Of a DNA stretch of 32,000 nt, positions 16,891 through 25,979 are shown piece by piece (within the stretch, counting starts at the first letter, position 1; the number at the start of each line of letters is the position of its first letter). Source of the DNA: Promethearchaeota archaeon (GTDB lineage: Archaea > Asgardarchaeota > Hermodarchaeia > Hermodarchaeales > Hermodarchaeaceae); NCBI GenBank assembly GCA_048938295.1, contig JBHLMI010000018.1, forward strand, positions 1-32,000, read 5' to 3'. Made by a program: the position numbers and the translations under genes. The notes under the pieces were generated by a model. The model was given only the letters and a program-made list of their open reading frames with translations, was not told the DNA's origin and searched no databases.

Positions 16891-18672
16891 ATGCCCATCC
16901 GTCAACCTATTGTCACCATGCTAGGTCATATTGACACAGGTAAAACCAGTCTCCTTGACAAAATCAGAGGCACTGGAGTCCAAGCGCGTGAAGCTGGGGG
17001 CATCACTCAACAAATTGGGGCTAGTTTCTTTCCCTTATCCACGGTAAAAGAACTGGTTGGCCCCCTTATGAAGACTTTCAAGCGGAAACTAACACTTCCA
17101 GGACTACTGATAATCGACACACCCGGTCATGCTGCATTCTTTAATTTACGGAAACGGGGGGGCGCGGTAGCGGATATTGCTATTCTTGTCATCGATATCG
17201 TCGATGGGCTCCAACCGCAAACCTATGAGTCACTGCGCATTCTCCGAGCTCGTAAGACGCCCTTTCTTATCGCCCTGAACAAGGTGGATCGACAACCTGG
17301 CTGGAAACCCCAAGATACCTGGGTAATCAGCGAATCACTCAAAGCCCAATCGGAATTTGTCAAAGGAGAGCTAGATAAGAAGATCTATGAAGTCATGGGC
17401 GACCTGTCACGTGAAAACATTCAATCTGATCGCTACGATCGCATCACGAATTTCGCAAAAACTGTGGCGATTGTCCCCACAAGTGCAAAAACCGGGGAAG
17501 GATTATCAGAACTCCTCTTAGTGTTAATCGGACTTGCGCAGCAGTTTCTCGAAGAACAATTACAGACTACTAAAGGTCCCGCCAAAGGTGTCGTTCTGGA
17601 AGTTAAGGAGGAACCAGGACTCGGTATCACTGTTGACACCATCATCTACGACGGGGTTCTCCACCAGGGCGATACCATTGTCGTAGGTGGACTACCGGAA
17701 CCAATAACCACCCATGTTCGCGCTCTTCTGATGCCCAAGCCCCTCGATGAAATTCGCGATCCCCGTGAACGATTTTCACCGGTCAAAGAAGTAATTGCTG
17801 CCGCTGGTATCAAGGTTGCCGCCCCTGACTTGGATGGAGCGATTGCGGGAGCAGGTTTATTTGTAGCTAACTCTGATGACGACATCGAATCCATTAAGGA
17901 ACGCATCATTCAGGACATGGAAGCCGTTCGGATTGAAACGGACAAAATCGGAGTGCTACTAAAAGCTGACACTCTGGGCTCCCTAGAAGCACTCATCGAA
18001 TATCTGAAGGCACGCGACATTCCCATTCGCCGAGCAGATATTGGCGACATTTCGAAGAAGGAAGTGAAAGCTGTTTCCACTGTCTATGAGCACGATCCCT
18101 TCGTTGGCGTCATTTTAGCCTTCAATGTAAGACCCCTACCAGATGCAGCTAAGGAAGCCGATGAGTTAAGCGTCCCAATCTTCCAAAGCCAAATCATCTA
18201 TGATTTGGTGGACCAGTATGAGAACTGGGTCTCAGATAAGCACCGAAAACTTGAGGAGGCAATGCTTGAAGAACTTATTTTCCCTGGGAAGTTCGAAATT
18301 CTCCCAGGTTATGTCTTTCGACAGAGTAATCCTGCTGTCGTCGGCGTGAGAGTGCTTGCTGGACGCATTAGTGCCAAAAGCCACCTCATAACCCCTGACA
18401 ACCGTCGGGTTGGCTCAATTCAGCAAATTCAAGATAGTGGCGAGACCATCTCCATAGCTCGTATTGGTGCTGAAGTCGCCGTGTCCATTCGTGGGGCTAC
18501 TGTGGGTCGCCAAATCGATGAAGGTGATATTCTCTACATTGATTTACCCGAGGGAATGGTTATTCGACTTAACCAGGAGTTCAAGGATAAACTCTCAGCC
18601 GATGAACAGGAATTGTTACATGAGTTCTTGGAACTGAAACGCAAGCACGTGCAACCCTTTTGGGGCGTCTAA
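16891..18672 (+). CDS. infB: Translation initiation factor aIF5B/IF-2
   Basis: GHIDTGKT, EAGGITQ, DTPGH, NKVD and KADTLGSLEAL; ATG 16891 after GGAGGTG. Confidence 0.97.
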   Translation: MPIRQPIVTMLGHIDTGKTSLLDKIRGTGVQAREAGGITQQIGASFFPLSTVKELVGPLMKTFKRKLTLPGLLIIDTPGHAAFFNLRKRGGAVADIAILVIDIVDGLQPQTYESLRILRARKTPFLIALNKVDRQPGWKPQDTWVISESLKAQSEFVKGELDKKIYEVMGDLSRENIQSDRYDRITNFAKTVAIVPTSAKTGEGLSELLLVLIGLAQQFLEEQLQTTKGPAKGVVLEVKEEPGLGITVDTIIYDGVLHQGDTIVVGGLPEPITTHVRALLMPKPLDEIRDPRERFSPVKEVIAAAGIKVAAPDLDGAIAGAGLFVANSDDDIESIKERIIQDMEAVRIETDKIGVLLKADTLGSLEALIEYLKARDIPIRRADIGDISKKEVKAVSTVYEHDPFVGVILAFNVRPLPDAAKEADELSVPIFQSQIIYDLVDQYENWVSDKHRKLEEAMLEELIFPGKFEILPGYVFRQSNPAVVGVRVLAGRISAKSHLITPDNRRVGSIQQIQDSGETISIARIGAEVAVSIRGATVGRQIDEGDILYIDLPEGMVIRLNQEFKDKLSADEQELLHEFLELKRKHVQPFWGV

Positions 18673-18814
18673 TTTCTCTATCACTATACCTTTTATCCTC
18701 CATTCATTTGATGGTAAGATTGATAAGCGCTAATCCTATGCTACGAATTCATCAGCGCCTTCCCTACTAAGTGGAAAGTGGAACTGAATTAGTACAAAAA
18801 TTGAGGTCTCTGTT

Positions 18815-19210
18815 ATGACACGTATCCGTTTAGTCATCGGTGATCCCCATAGCGGAAAGACCATCCAACTAGAACTCAGTGAGCAGCGTAGCCGTCTCCT
18901 TCACGGCAAAATCATTGGTGAAATTGTAGATGGTGATCCCCTAGGCTTCGGGGGCTATCAATTCAAAATCACTGGTGGTAGTGATGGAACGGGAACGCCC
19001 ATGCGCCCAGATGTCCACGGTGCAGTCCGTAAGCGTCCACTGCTAGCAGGAGGGATCGGATACAAGCCCAAAACCCACGGAGAACGCCGTCGACGACGGG
19101 TTCGTGGCAACGAAATCACCGATGAAATCGTACAAGTGAATGCCAAAATCATTACTCCAGGGCCCAAACCCATTCTAGAATTAATTGAGCAAAGCACCGC
19201 TTCCTCATAA
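18815..19210 (+). CDS. rps6e: 30S ribosomal protein S6e
   Basis: KITGGSDGTGTPMRPDV, GERRRRRVRGN and VQVNAKI. Confidence 0.96.
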   Translation: MTRIRLVIGDPHSGKTIQLELSEQRSRLLHGKIIGEIVDGDPLGFGGYQFKITGGSDGTGTPMRPDVHGAVRKRPLLAGGIGYKPKTHGERRRRRVRGNEITDEIVQVNAKIITPGPKPILELIEQSTASS

Positions 19211-19250
19211 GAATTAAACATAGAAGTCCCCTATGAGATGACAAGTTATC

Positions 19251-20507
19251 ATGTCTTCCCGGAAAACCATGCCCAAACAAGCTGAAGTCAACATCGGTCT
19301 AGTGGGCCATGTCGACCATGGGAAGACAACCTTAGCAAAGGCATTATCGGGGGAATGGACTGACCGCCATTCAGAAGAGCTTCGTCGTGGAATTTCCATC
19401 AAATTAGGATATGCAGATGTCACGTTTTACAAATGTGAGAGGTGCAGTGGTGCTGTTGCATATACAACCTCACCGAAGTGCACCAAATGCGGAGGGAAAG
19501 CGGAACCCTTACGACGGATCTCACTCGTGGATGCACCTGGGCACGAAGTGTTGATGGCTACCATGATATCAGGCGCCGCATTGATGGATGGAGCAATCTT
19601 GCTCATTGCAGCGAATGAGAAATGCCCCCAACCACAAACACGGGAACACCTGGCCGCCTTGGAAATCATCGGCGTTGATAAAATCATCATTGCCCAAAAC
19701 AAAGTGGAAGTGGTATCCGAAAAGGAAGCCCTTGCCAATTATAATCAAATCAAACGCTTTGTTGCTGGGTCTATTGCTGAAAATGCCCCAATAATCCCCA
19801 TTTCCGCCATGTTTGGGACCAACATTGATTTCCTTATTCAAACCATTGAACAAGTCATTCCCACTCCCAAACGGGACTTAGAGAAGCCTGGATTGTTTTA
19901 TGTAGCCCGTTCCTTTGACATCAATAAACCAGGTACACGACCCAAGGATTTGCTTGGCGGCGTCATTGGTGGCACTATCATCCAAGGAAAGGTATCGGTG
20001 GGCGATGAACTTGAAATTCGACCCGGAATTCCAGTGAAAGAAAAAAGCAATATCAACTACACACCTATATTCACCTCGGTAAAAAGCATTCAGACCGGAA
20101 CTGGAAAATCCCTCAAAATCGCTCATCCCAGCGGCTTAATTGGAATGGGAACCAACCTTGATCCGTCGCTGACACGTGCCGATGCCTTGATTGGCAACCT
20201 TGCTGGACCAACGGGAAAGCTCCCCCCAATTATGGAGCAACTGACACTGGAATCATACCTACTCAAACGCGTTGTCGGTATGGTAGAACAGACTGCTGTC
20301 CAAGGGATAAAACCGAATGAAACGCTCATGCTGATCGTCGGCTCTTCAGCAACGGTGGGCCAGGTCACAAACATTGGAAGTAAAAACAAGATTACCTTTA
20401 CACTTAGAAAACCCGTCGCCGTGATTCCCAATCAACGTGTCGCGATAAGCCGACAAATCGAAATGCGGTGGCGGTTAATCGGATGGGGCACCGTCGTTGC
20501 CGAATAA
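19251..20507 (+). CDS. eif2g: Translation initiation factor 2 gamma subunit
   Basis: GHVDHGKTT, ELRRGISIKLGYA, DAPGHE, PQPQTREH, RSFDINKPG and WRLIGWG. Confidence 0.97.
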   Translation: MSSRKTMPKQAEVNIGLVGHVDHGKTTLAKALSGEWTDRHSEELRRGISIKLGYADVTFYKCERCSGAVAYTTSPKCTKCGGKAEPLRRISLVDAPGHEVLMATMISGAALMDGAILLIAANEKCPQPQTREHLAALEIIGVDKIIIAQNKVEVVSEKEALANYNQIKRFVAGSIAENAPIIPISAMFGTNIDFLIQTIEQVIPTPKRDLEKPGLFYVARSFDINKPGTRPKDLLGGVIGGTIIQGKVSVGDELEIRPGIPVKEKSNINYTPIFTSVKSIQTGTGKSLKIAHPSGLIGMGTNLDPSLTRADALIGNLAGPTGKLPPIMEQLTLESYLLKRVVGMVEQTAVQGIKPNETLMLIVGSSATVGQVTNIGSKNKITFTLRKPVAVIPNQRVAISRQIEMRWRLIGWGTVVAE

Positions 20508-20922
20508 TTTGCAGGCGTCTTATGGGACGAAAGTTCTGTTGGATACGAATTTTCTTCTACTCCCTTTTCAGCGCCAAATCGATATCTTTAACGAAATTCC
20601 ACGGCTAATCGGTGGGCAAGTTCATTTTGTACTCCTCCCACAAATTATCACTGAATTGGAATGGTTAAAGACTCAAGGAACTGCCAAAGAAAGACGAGCG
20701 GCGGAAAGCGCGTATCAGTTGATGGAACAATTTTGCCAAGTACTTACCGATCTTCCTGCATCTATTCAGGACCTTGACGCAGACTCCGCACTTCTACGCT
20801 ATGCGCATGAAACAGGAGCCATCGTAGCCACGAATGATGGTGCACTACGCCGAAAACTAGTAAAACAGGGTTCTCGTGCCATATTTTTACGAAAACTAGC
20901 TATCCTTGCCCTTAACGAGTAA
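20497..20922 (+). CDS. PIN-domain protein (Utp24/Fcf1-like), TTG start
   Basis: VLLDTNFLL, EL..L, DADSALL and VATNDGALRRKL; conserved position after eif2g. Confidence 0.85.
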   Translation: MPNNLQASYGTKVLLDTNFLLLPFQRQIDIFNEIPRLIGGQVHFVLLPQIITELEWLKTQGTAKERRAAESAYQLMEQFCQVLTDLPASIQDLDADSALLRYAHETGAIVATNDGALRRKLVKQGSRAIFLRKLAILALNE

Positions 20923-21009
20923 GACAAACGGTAAATACAAGAGCGTAGCAATTGAATAGAAAAGCTTATCAGCCCGACTTGTAATCGGTCGGAAGTCGGA
21001 GGCAGGACC

Positions 21010-21612
21010 ATCTACCAAGCCGTTATCATAAAAGGGCATGTGCGCATTCCGCCGAATCGGTTCAGCGAAGACCTGTATGAGGTTGCTGAAGAAATTCTTC
21101 GTGAACAATACGAAGGAATCATCGATGTCGACCTTGGGTTCATCATCGCAGTTACCGAAGTACTCGCGATTGGAGTGGGGAAAATCATTCCTGGTGACGG
21201 CGCAACCTACCATGACGTGAAGCTTGAAGTCCTTACCTTTGATCCCAAAGTGAACTTCCTTACCCAAGGCGAGGTTGTGGAAGTAGTTGATTTCGGAGCC
21301 TTCATTCGTCTAGGTCCCCTTGATGGACTCTGCCATGTGAGCCAAATTACCGATGACTTCTTCTCATACGATCCCCGAAGTGCGGCCCTGGTTGGCAAGG
21401 AGACGGGGCGAGTCATCACAGAAGGCGATTTAGTGCGCACCCGAATCGTTGCGGTTAGTATCGATGGCGGTGCCCGTAGTGGAAAACTTGGCTTGACAAT
21501 GCGACAGCCTTTTCTAGGCAAGTTTGAGTGGATTAAAGAAGAAATCGCGAAATTACTTGAATCAAAGCGAAAAGCGGAGAAGAAGAAAGAAGGAAAAGAT
21601 AAGGAAAAATGA
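21010..21612 (+). CDS. rpoE1: RNA polymerase subunit Rpo7/E' (inferred ATC start)
   Basis: xYQAVIIKGHVRIPP N-terminus, GDGATYH, GAFIRLGPLDGLCHVSQI and GLTMRQPFLGK; GGAGG 7 nt before ATC; in-frame stop at 20953. Confidence 0.93.
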   Translation: MYQAVIIKGHVRIPPNRFSEDLYEVAEEILREQYEGIIDVDLGFIIAVTEVLAIGVGKIIPGDGATYHDVKLEVLTFDPKVNFLTQGEVVEVVDFGAFIRLGPLDGLCHVSQITDDFFSYDPRSAALVGKETGRVITEGDLVRTRIVAVSIDGGARSGKLGLTMRQPFLGKFEWIKEEIAKLLESKRKAEKKKEGKDKEK

Positions 21613-21660
21613 TAAGCTCCTTGATTTCCTAACCCGCAAAACCCGATACTGGTGATGAAA

Positions 21661-21849
21661 ATGGCCAAACGAAAAGCATGCAAAGTCTGTCATACGATGA
21701 CAACTAAATCACATTGTCCAGCCTGCAAAAGTACCAATCTTTCAGAGAGCTTCTCCGGGCTAGTTTTGATTTTTGATCCCGAACATTCCATGATTGCCAA
21801 GAAACTCAACATCACTAAAGATGGGGAATACGCTCTCCAAGTCCGTTAG
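21661..21849 (+). CDS. spt4: Transcription elongation factor Spt4 (RpoE'')
   Basis: ACKVCH...CPAC...SESFSGLVLIFDPEHSMIAKKLNI...YALQVR. Confidence 0.95.
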   Translation: MAKRKACKVCHTMTTKSHCPACKSTNLSESFSGLVLIFDPEHSMIAKKLNITKDGEYALQVR

Positions 21850-21858
21850 GTGAAATAG

Positions 21859-22434
21859 TTGGCTGCCAAGCAGCTGCGACAAAATACCCTTGTACTCCCC
21901 GACCATCTTCGTCAATCACTCCAAGGACCGAAAGGCGAGCTGTTCTCCCGAACAGACTTAGGCGCGGCAGAAGACGCTTGCGCTTATATTCGGAAACACA
22001 AGCTAGCTCCCGTCATCGCGGTTGGTGACTTGGTCTCGATTAATCTAGCGAAGGTCAACTGCCAAGCCACCCTGTCTATTCTGGATGGAAAAACAAAGCG
22101 CAATGATCCTGTGGAATTTTCCCTAACAACTGATGTCACCTTTACAGCAACAAATGCTGCTGCTGAAATTCGTCCTGAGGTATGGATTGCCATCGAACTA
22201 GCCCTCACTGCTGGTCAATCTGGCAAAACTGCGAAACTCTTAATAGAGGGCGAAGAGGACCTAACGGCACTGCCCGCAGTGGCACTTGCACCCTCTGGCT
22301 CAGCCGTTGTATACGGGCTTCCCAATCAGGGCATAGTTGTCATTAAGGTCGCGGCAGAGCACAAACAGGCAGTAAACGCAATCTTACAAGAAATGGTGCA
22401 AAAAGATGAAAATCAAAATCGAAGAGAAAAATGA
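21859..22434 (+). CDS. GTP-dependent dephospho-CoA kinase (DUF359), TTG start
   Basis: VGDLVS, DGKTKR, NAAAEI, IEGEEDLTALP and VVYGLPNQG. Confidence 0.88.
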   Translation: MAAKQLRQNTLVLPDHLRQSLQGPKGELFSRTDLGAAEDACAYIRKHKLAPVIAVGDLVSINLAKVNCQATLSILDGKTKRNDPVEFSLTTDVTFTATNAAAEIRPEVWIAIELALTAGQSGKTAKLLIEGEEDLTALPAVALAPSGSAVVYGLPNQGIVVIKVAAEHKQAVNAILQEMVQKDENQNRREK

Positions 22435-22876
22435 CAATGCGCTCCTTCAGCGTCAGGAAATTACTTTCTTAATTGATCATACGGGAACTGCGACACCTCC
22501 TCGCGTTGATGCCCGTGCAAAACTTGCTGCTATGCTGAATTGCAAAGAAGATCAACTCTATATCATTAAACTTGTTGGACAATATGGCCAATCCATCTCT
22601 CAGGGCTATGCTCATCTTTATCCTTCAAAAGAAGCTGCCGAAACGCAAGAACAGACGTACATCAAAAAACGAAATGGCGCTGAAGAGGCTACACAGCCAC
22701 CCGCCATGAAAGTAGCCAAACCTGCGGCCAAAGAGAAGAAAGAAGAAGCCCAAGAGGCATCAAAAGAAAAGGCTGAAAAGCCACTAGAGCCGCTTAAAAA
22801 GAAGGAAGATGAAAAGCCCAAGCGAGAAGAGGACAAAAAAGAGAAACCTCGGGCAGAGAAAAAGGAAGGGTCATAA
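22406..22876 (+). CDS. rps24e: 30S ribosomal protein S24e with Lys/Glu-rich tail
   Basis: NALLQRQEI, HTGTATPPR, KLAAMLN and GYAHLY. Confidence 0.93.
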   Translation: MKIKIEEKNDNALLQRQEITFLIDHTGTATPPRVDARAKLAAMLNCKEDQLYIIKLVGQYGQSISQGYAHLYPSKEAAETQEQTYIKKRNGAEEATQPPAMKVAKPAAKEKKEEAQEASKEKAEKPLEPLKKKEDEKPKREEDKKEKPRAEKKEGS

Positions 22877-22909
22877 TTCGATTCAAGAATTAATAAAAGG
22901 TGAAATCCG

Positions 22910-23092
22910 ACGACAAAGACACACAAATATTACTCTGTTGGAAAGGATGGAAAACTCGAACGTAAACGCAGGTCATGTTCACGCTGCGGTGAAGGCACCT
23001 TCATGGCAGAACATGCCAATCGGTTCCACTGTGGCCGTTGTGGGTTTACAGAATATAAGCCCTCAAAGAAGAATGAGGGGAAAGAAACTTAG
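22910..23092 (+). CDS. rps27ae: 30S ribosomal protein S27ae (inferred ACG start; absent from the ORF track)
   Basis: Manual translation gives (M)[59 protein letters not shown], with a C4 zinc ribbon; conserved position after S24e. Confidence 0.93.
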   Translation, partial: TTKTHKYYSVGKDGKLERKRRSCSRCGEGTFMAEHANRFHCGRCGFTEYKPSKKNEGKET

Positions 23093-23177
23093 ACACGACG
23101 ACCCACTTACACTTTGGTGGTTTATCAGGGTCACGTCATGTGGCACATAACTTGTTTTTAGGTGTGGTTAGGTCAAG

Positions 23178-24164
23178 ATGGTTGTTCTAGGTATTGAAAG
23201 CACAGCACATACCTTCGGTATCGGTATAGTAGATAGCACAGGTCAAATTCTCGCCGATGTAAAGGCGGTATATTCTCCCCAAGAAGGTGGGATTCATCCT
23301 CGAGAAGCAGCCGAACACCATCAAGTCTATGCACTACATGTGTTATCTGAAGCATTCACTCGGGCTAAGATTTTCCATAATCAGGTGAATGGAATCGCGT
23401 TTTCACAGGGACCTGGTCTTCCTCCTGCACTTCGTGTAGGTGCCGTTTTTGCACGGAGTCTTGCTACAAGCCTTGGCGTTCCTCTAGTCGGTGTCAATCA
23501 TTGTGTTGCCCACATCGAACAGGCTCGGTTCTTCACAAAAGCCGACCACCCGCTAGTTATCTATTTATCTGGTGGAAATACACAAATAACTACGCTGATA
23601 GCACAGCGGTATCGAATTTTCGGGGAAACTTTAGACATCGCTTTGGGTAATATGCTTGATATGTTTGCTCGGGAAGCGAATCTGAAACACCCTGGTGGAC
23701 CAAAAATCGAGCAACTAGCCCTTCAAGCGAAGAATGGCTATCACGAACTACCATACACGGTGAAGGGTATGGACCTGGCTTTTTCCGGATTGTTAACAGC
23801 GTCAAAGCAGCTGCTTTCACAAGGCGTTTCCCTTGAAGAAGTCAGCTATAGCCTTCAAGAAACGGCGTTTTCAATGATAGCTGAAGTAACTGAGCGAGCC
23901 TTAGCCCACACACAACGAAAGGAACTGATAGTCACTGGAGGAGTTGCAGCCAATGCCCGGCTCAAGGAAATGCTCCAAATCGTAGCAGAAGAGCAATCGG
24001 CTCGATTTGCCTCAGTTCCCCGAAAATACGCTGGGGACAATGGATCTATGATTGCATACAACGGCTTGCTCCTCCTTCAAGCAGGTAAACGAACCGCCAT
24101 CTCTGAAAGCCGAACCCAACCTAAATGGCGTCTTGATCAGGTCGATATACCGTGGGGGGCGTGA
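23178..24164 (+). CDS. kae1: KEOPS t6A N6-threonylcarbamoyltransferase Kae1
   Basis: GIESTAHT, GGIHPREAAEHH, VNHCVAHIE, GETLDIA and DNGSMIA. Confidence 0.96.
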   Translation: MVVLGIESTAHTFGIGIVDSTGQILADVKAVYSPQEGGIHPREAAEHHQVYALHVLSEAFTRAKIFHNQVNGIAFSQGPGLPPALRVGAVFARSLATSLGVPLVGVNHCVAHIEQARFFTKADHPLVIYLSGGNTQITTLIAQRYRIFGETLDIALGNMLDMFAREANLKHPGGPKIEQLALQAKNGYHELPYTVKGMDLAFSGLLTASKQLLSQGVSLEEVSYSLQETAFSMIAEVTERALAHTQRKELIVTGGVAANARLKEMLQIVAEEQSARFASVPRKYAGDNGSMIAYNGLLLLQAGKRTAISESRTQPKWRLDQVDIPWGA

Positions 24165-24171
24165 ATCTATT

Positions 24172-24813
24172 ATGTCACAATTACTTGCTAAAGGGGCAGA
24201 AGCCACACTCTACCTAGAAGACTTCTACGGGTATCCTTCTGTCCGCAAATACCGTCGACCTAAACCCTATCGGCTCCCCCAATTAGATGCCAAACTACGC
24301 ACTGATCGGACAATCCGTGAAGCACGATCCCTTGCTGCTGCACGTCAGAGTGGTGTTGCTACTCCTGTTCTCTTTCAAGTTGATCTAGAGAATGCGACCA
24401 TAATCATGGAATACATTGCTGGGCAACGAGTTAAGGAACAGGTTCCTATCTTGAAGAAAGCCAAGCGGCGTCGGGTATTCAAAAAAATTGGCGAAGCTGT
24501 CGCCCGTTTACACTTGCATGAGATGACTCATGGGGACTTAACGACCTCGAACTTGCTGCTGGGGCCATCACATCTCATCTATTTCGTTGATTTTGGGCTA
24601 TCAACGGTCACAAATAATATCGAAGACTTTGGAACAGACCTTCATCTATTACGCCGCGCTCTTCTGAGCACTCATCACACACACTGGGAAGACTGTTATA
24701 AGGCAGTCCAAGAAGGATACAGCGAGACCTTCGGAAATAGAAGCAATGAAGTTTTCCGCAAGGTCGAAGCAATAGAAAGCCGTGGACGCTACATCACAGA
24801 ACGAATCCGGTGA
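24172..24813 (+). CDS. bud32: KEOPS kinase/ATPase Bud32 (stand-alone)
   Basis: KGAEA, K.R.PKPYR, RTIREAR, HGDLTTSN and VDFGLS. Confidence 0.95.
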   Translation: MSQLLAKGAEATLYLEDFYGYPSVRKYRRPKPYRLPQLDAKLRTDRTIREARSLAAARQSGVATPVLFQVDLENATIIMEYIAGQRVKEQVPILKKAKRRRVFKKIGEAVARLHLHEMTHGDLTTSNLLLGPSHLIYFVDFGLSTVTNNIEDFGTDLHLLRRALLSTHHTHWEDCYKAVQEGYSETFGNRSNEVFRKVEAIESRGRYITERIR

Positions 24814-24818
24814 ACCAC

Positions 24819-25397
24819 ATGACACAGCGACCGCTCCTCTTTGTCACTGGAAATAAAAATAAATTCGCTGAAGCCCAGCGGATTACGAAGCGTGCAGGGA
24901 TTATAATTGAGCAATTTCACGATCGACCGACTGAAATCCAATCGAGTTCTCTGCATAAGATAGCCCAACACAGCTGTGAAGTGGCGTTACATCAGCTCAA
25001 GCGTCCCCTGTTTGTTGAGGATGCCGGGTTGTTCATCTACCAACTCAATGGTTTCCCCGGGCCTTATTCTTCGTACGTTTTGAAGACCCTTGATAATGCA
25101 GGCATTCTCAAGCTTATGCAAACTGAGAAAAATCGTGTCGCCGTATTTCGCAGTATTATAGCTTACGGAGAACCAGACCGGGAAATTCAACTCTTTGAGG
25201 GGGAAACCATGGGAACAATATCACGGCGTATTCGCGGCACTGAATGGGGGTTTGATCCAATTTTTATCCCCGATGAAGGCGATGGCGCTACCTATGCTGA
25301 AATGCCAGATGATATGAAAAACCGGATCTCTCACCGAGCCAAATCGTTGGCTAAATTTGTCAATTGGTATCTGACTTATGGTTCTGCAACCACATAA
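24819..25397 (+). CDS. rdgB: XTP/dITP diphosphatase (ITPase, HAM1 family)
   Basis: FVTGNKNK, EIQ, EDAGLF, GFPGPYS, WGFDPIF and KNRISHR. Confidence 0.94.
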   Translation: MTQRPLLFVTGNKNKFAEAQRITKRAGIIIEQFHDRPTEIQSSSLHKIAQHSCEVALHQLKRPLFVEDAGLFIYQLNGFPGPYSSYVLKTLDNAGILKLMQTEKNRVAVFRSIIAYGEPDREIQLFEGETMGTISRRIRGTEWGFDPIFIPDEGDGATYAEMPDDMKNRISHRAKSLAKFVNWYLTYGSATT

Positions 25398-25497
25398 TAG
25401 AGATACAATTAAATACCGTTGTCGATTCCTGCTCTCCGGTGCTTAGCGTCTAAGAACCTATTGAAGCAGGAATCTCTCATCACCTTGGTGAAATCTA

Positions 25498-25953
25498 ATG
25501 GCTCGAATGCATTCCCCTCGAAAAGGAAAATCTCATTCCAAACGTCCAATCCGCCTCGAAACTCCTGATTGGTGTCAACGGACACCAGAGGAAGTTGAAG
25601 AGCTCGTAACTACGCTAGCCAAGGAAGGTCATCAACCCTCCATGATTGGGTTAAAACTCCGAGACCAATATGGGATTCCCCTAGTGAAGGCGATCACCGG
25701 TAAGACCATTACTCAGATTCTTAATGAAAATGAGCAATCATTACGCGTACCTGAGGACCTTTTCCATCTCATTAGTCGAGCCGTTACTCTGCGAAGGCAC
25801 CTTGAAGATGCGAAAAAGGATTTACACTCTCAATACGGACTTCGATTAATTGAGAGTAAAATACGACGCCTAGTGAAATATTACCGTCGACAGGGTGTTC
25901 TCCCTCAAGACTGGAAATACACGCCAGAGCAAGCTGCGCTCCTCATTCGCTAG
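25498..25953 (+). CDS. rps15: 30S ribosomal protein S15 (eS13/uS15)
   Basis: [39 protein letters not shown] and LPQDWKY. Confidence 0.97.
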   Translation: MARMHSPRKGKSHSKRPIRLETPDWCQRTPEEVEELVTTLAKEGHQPSMIGLKLRDQYGIPLVKAITGKTITQILNENEQSLRVPEDLFHLISRAVTLRRHLEDAKKDLHSQYGLRLIESKIRRLVKYYRRQGVLPQDWKYTPEQAALLIR

Positions 25954-25979
25954 GCGCAAAAGGCTATTGGCTGATTTCC

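Noticed and set aside
23097-23147. Imperfect hairpin GACGACCC...GGGTCACGTC after rps27ae
   Set aside because: It is bulged and has no T-tract directly after it, so it is too weak to call as a terminator or RNA.
22809-23150. 113-aa ORF from the track
   Set aside because: It is a shadow frame overlapping S24e and the true S27ae frame, with no recognisable motifs.
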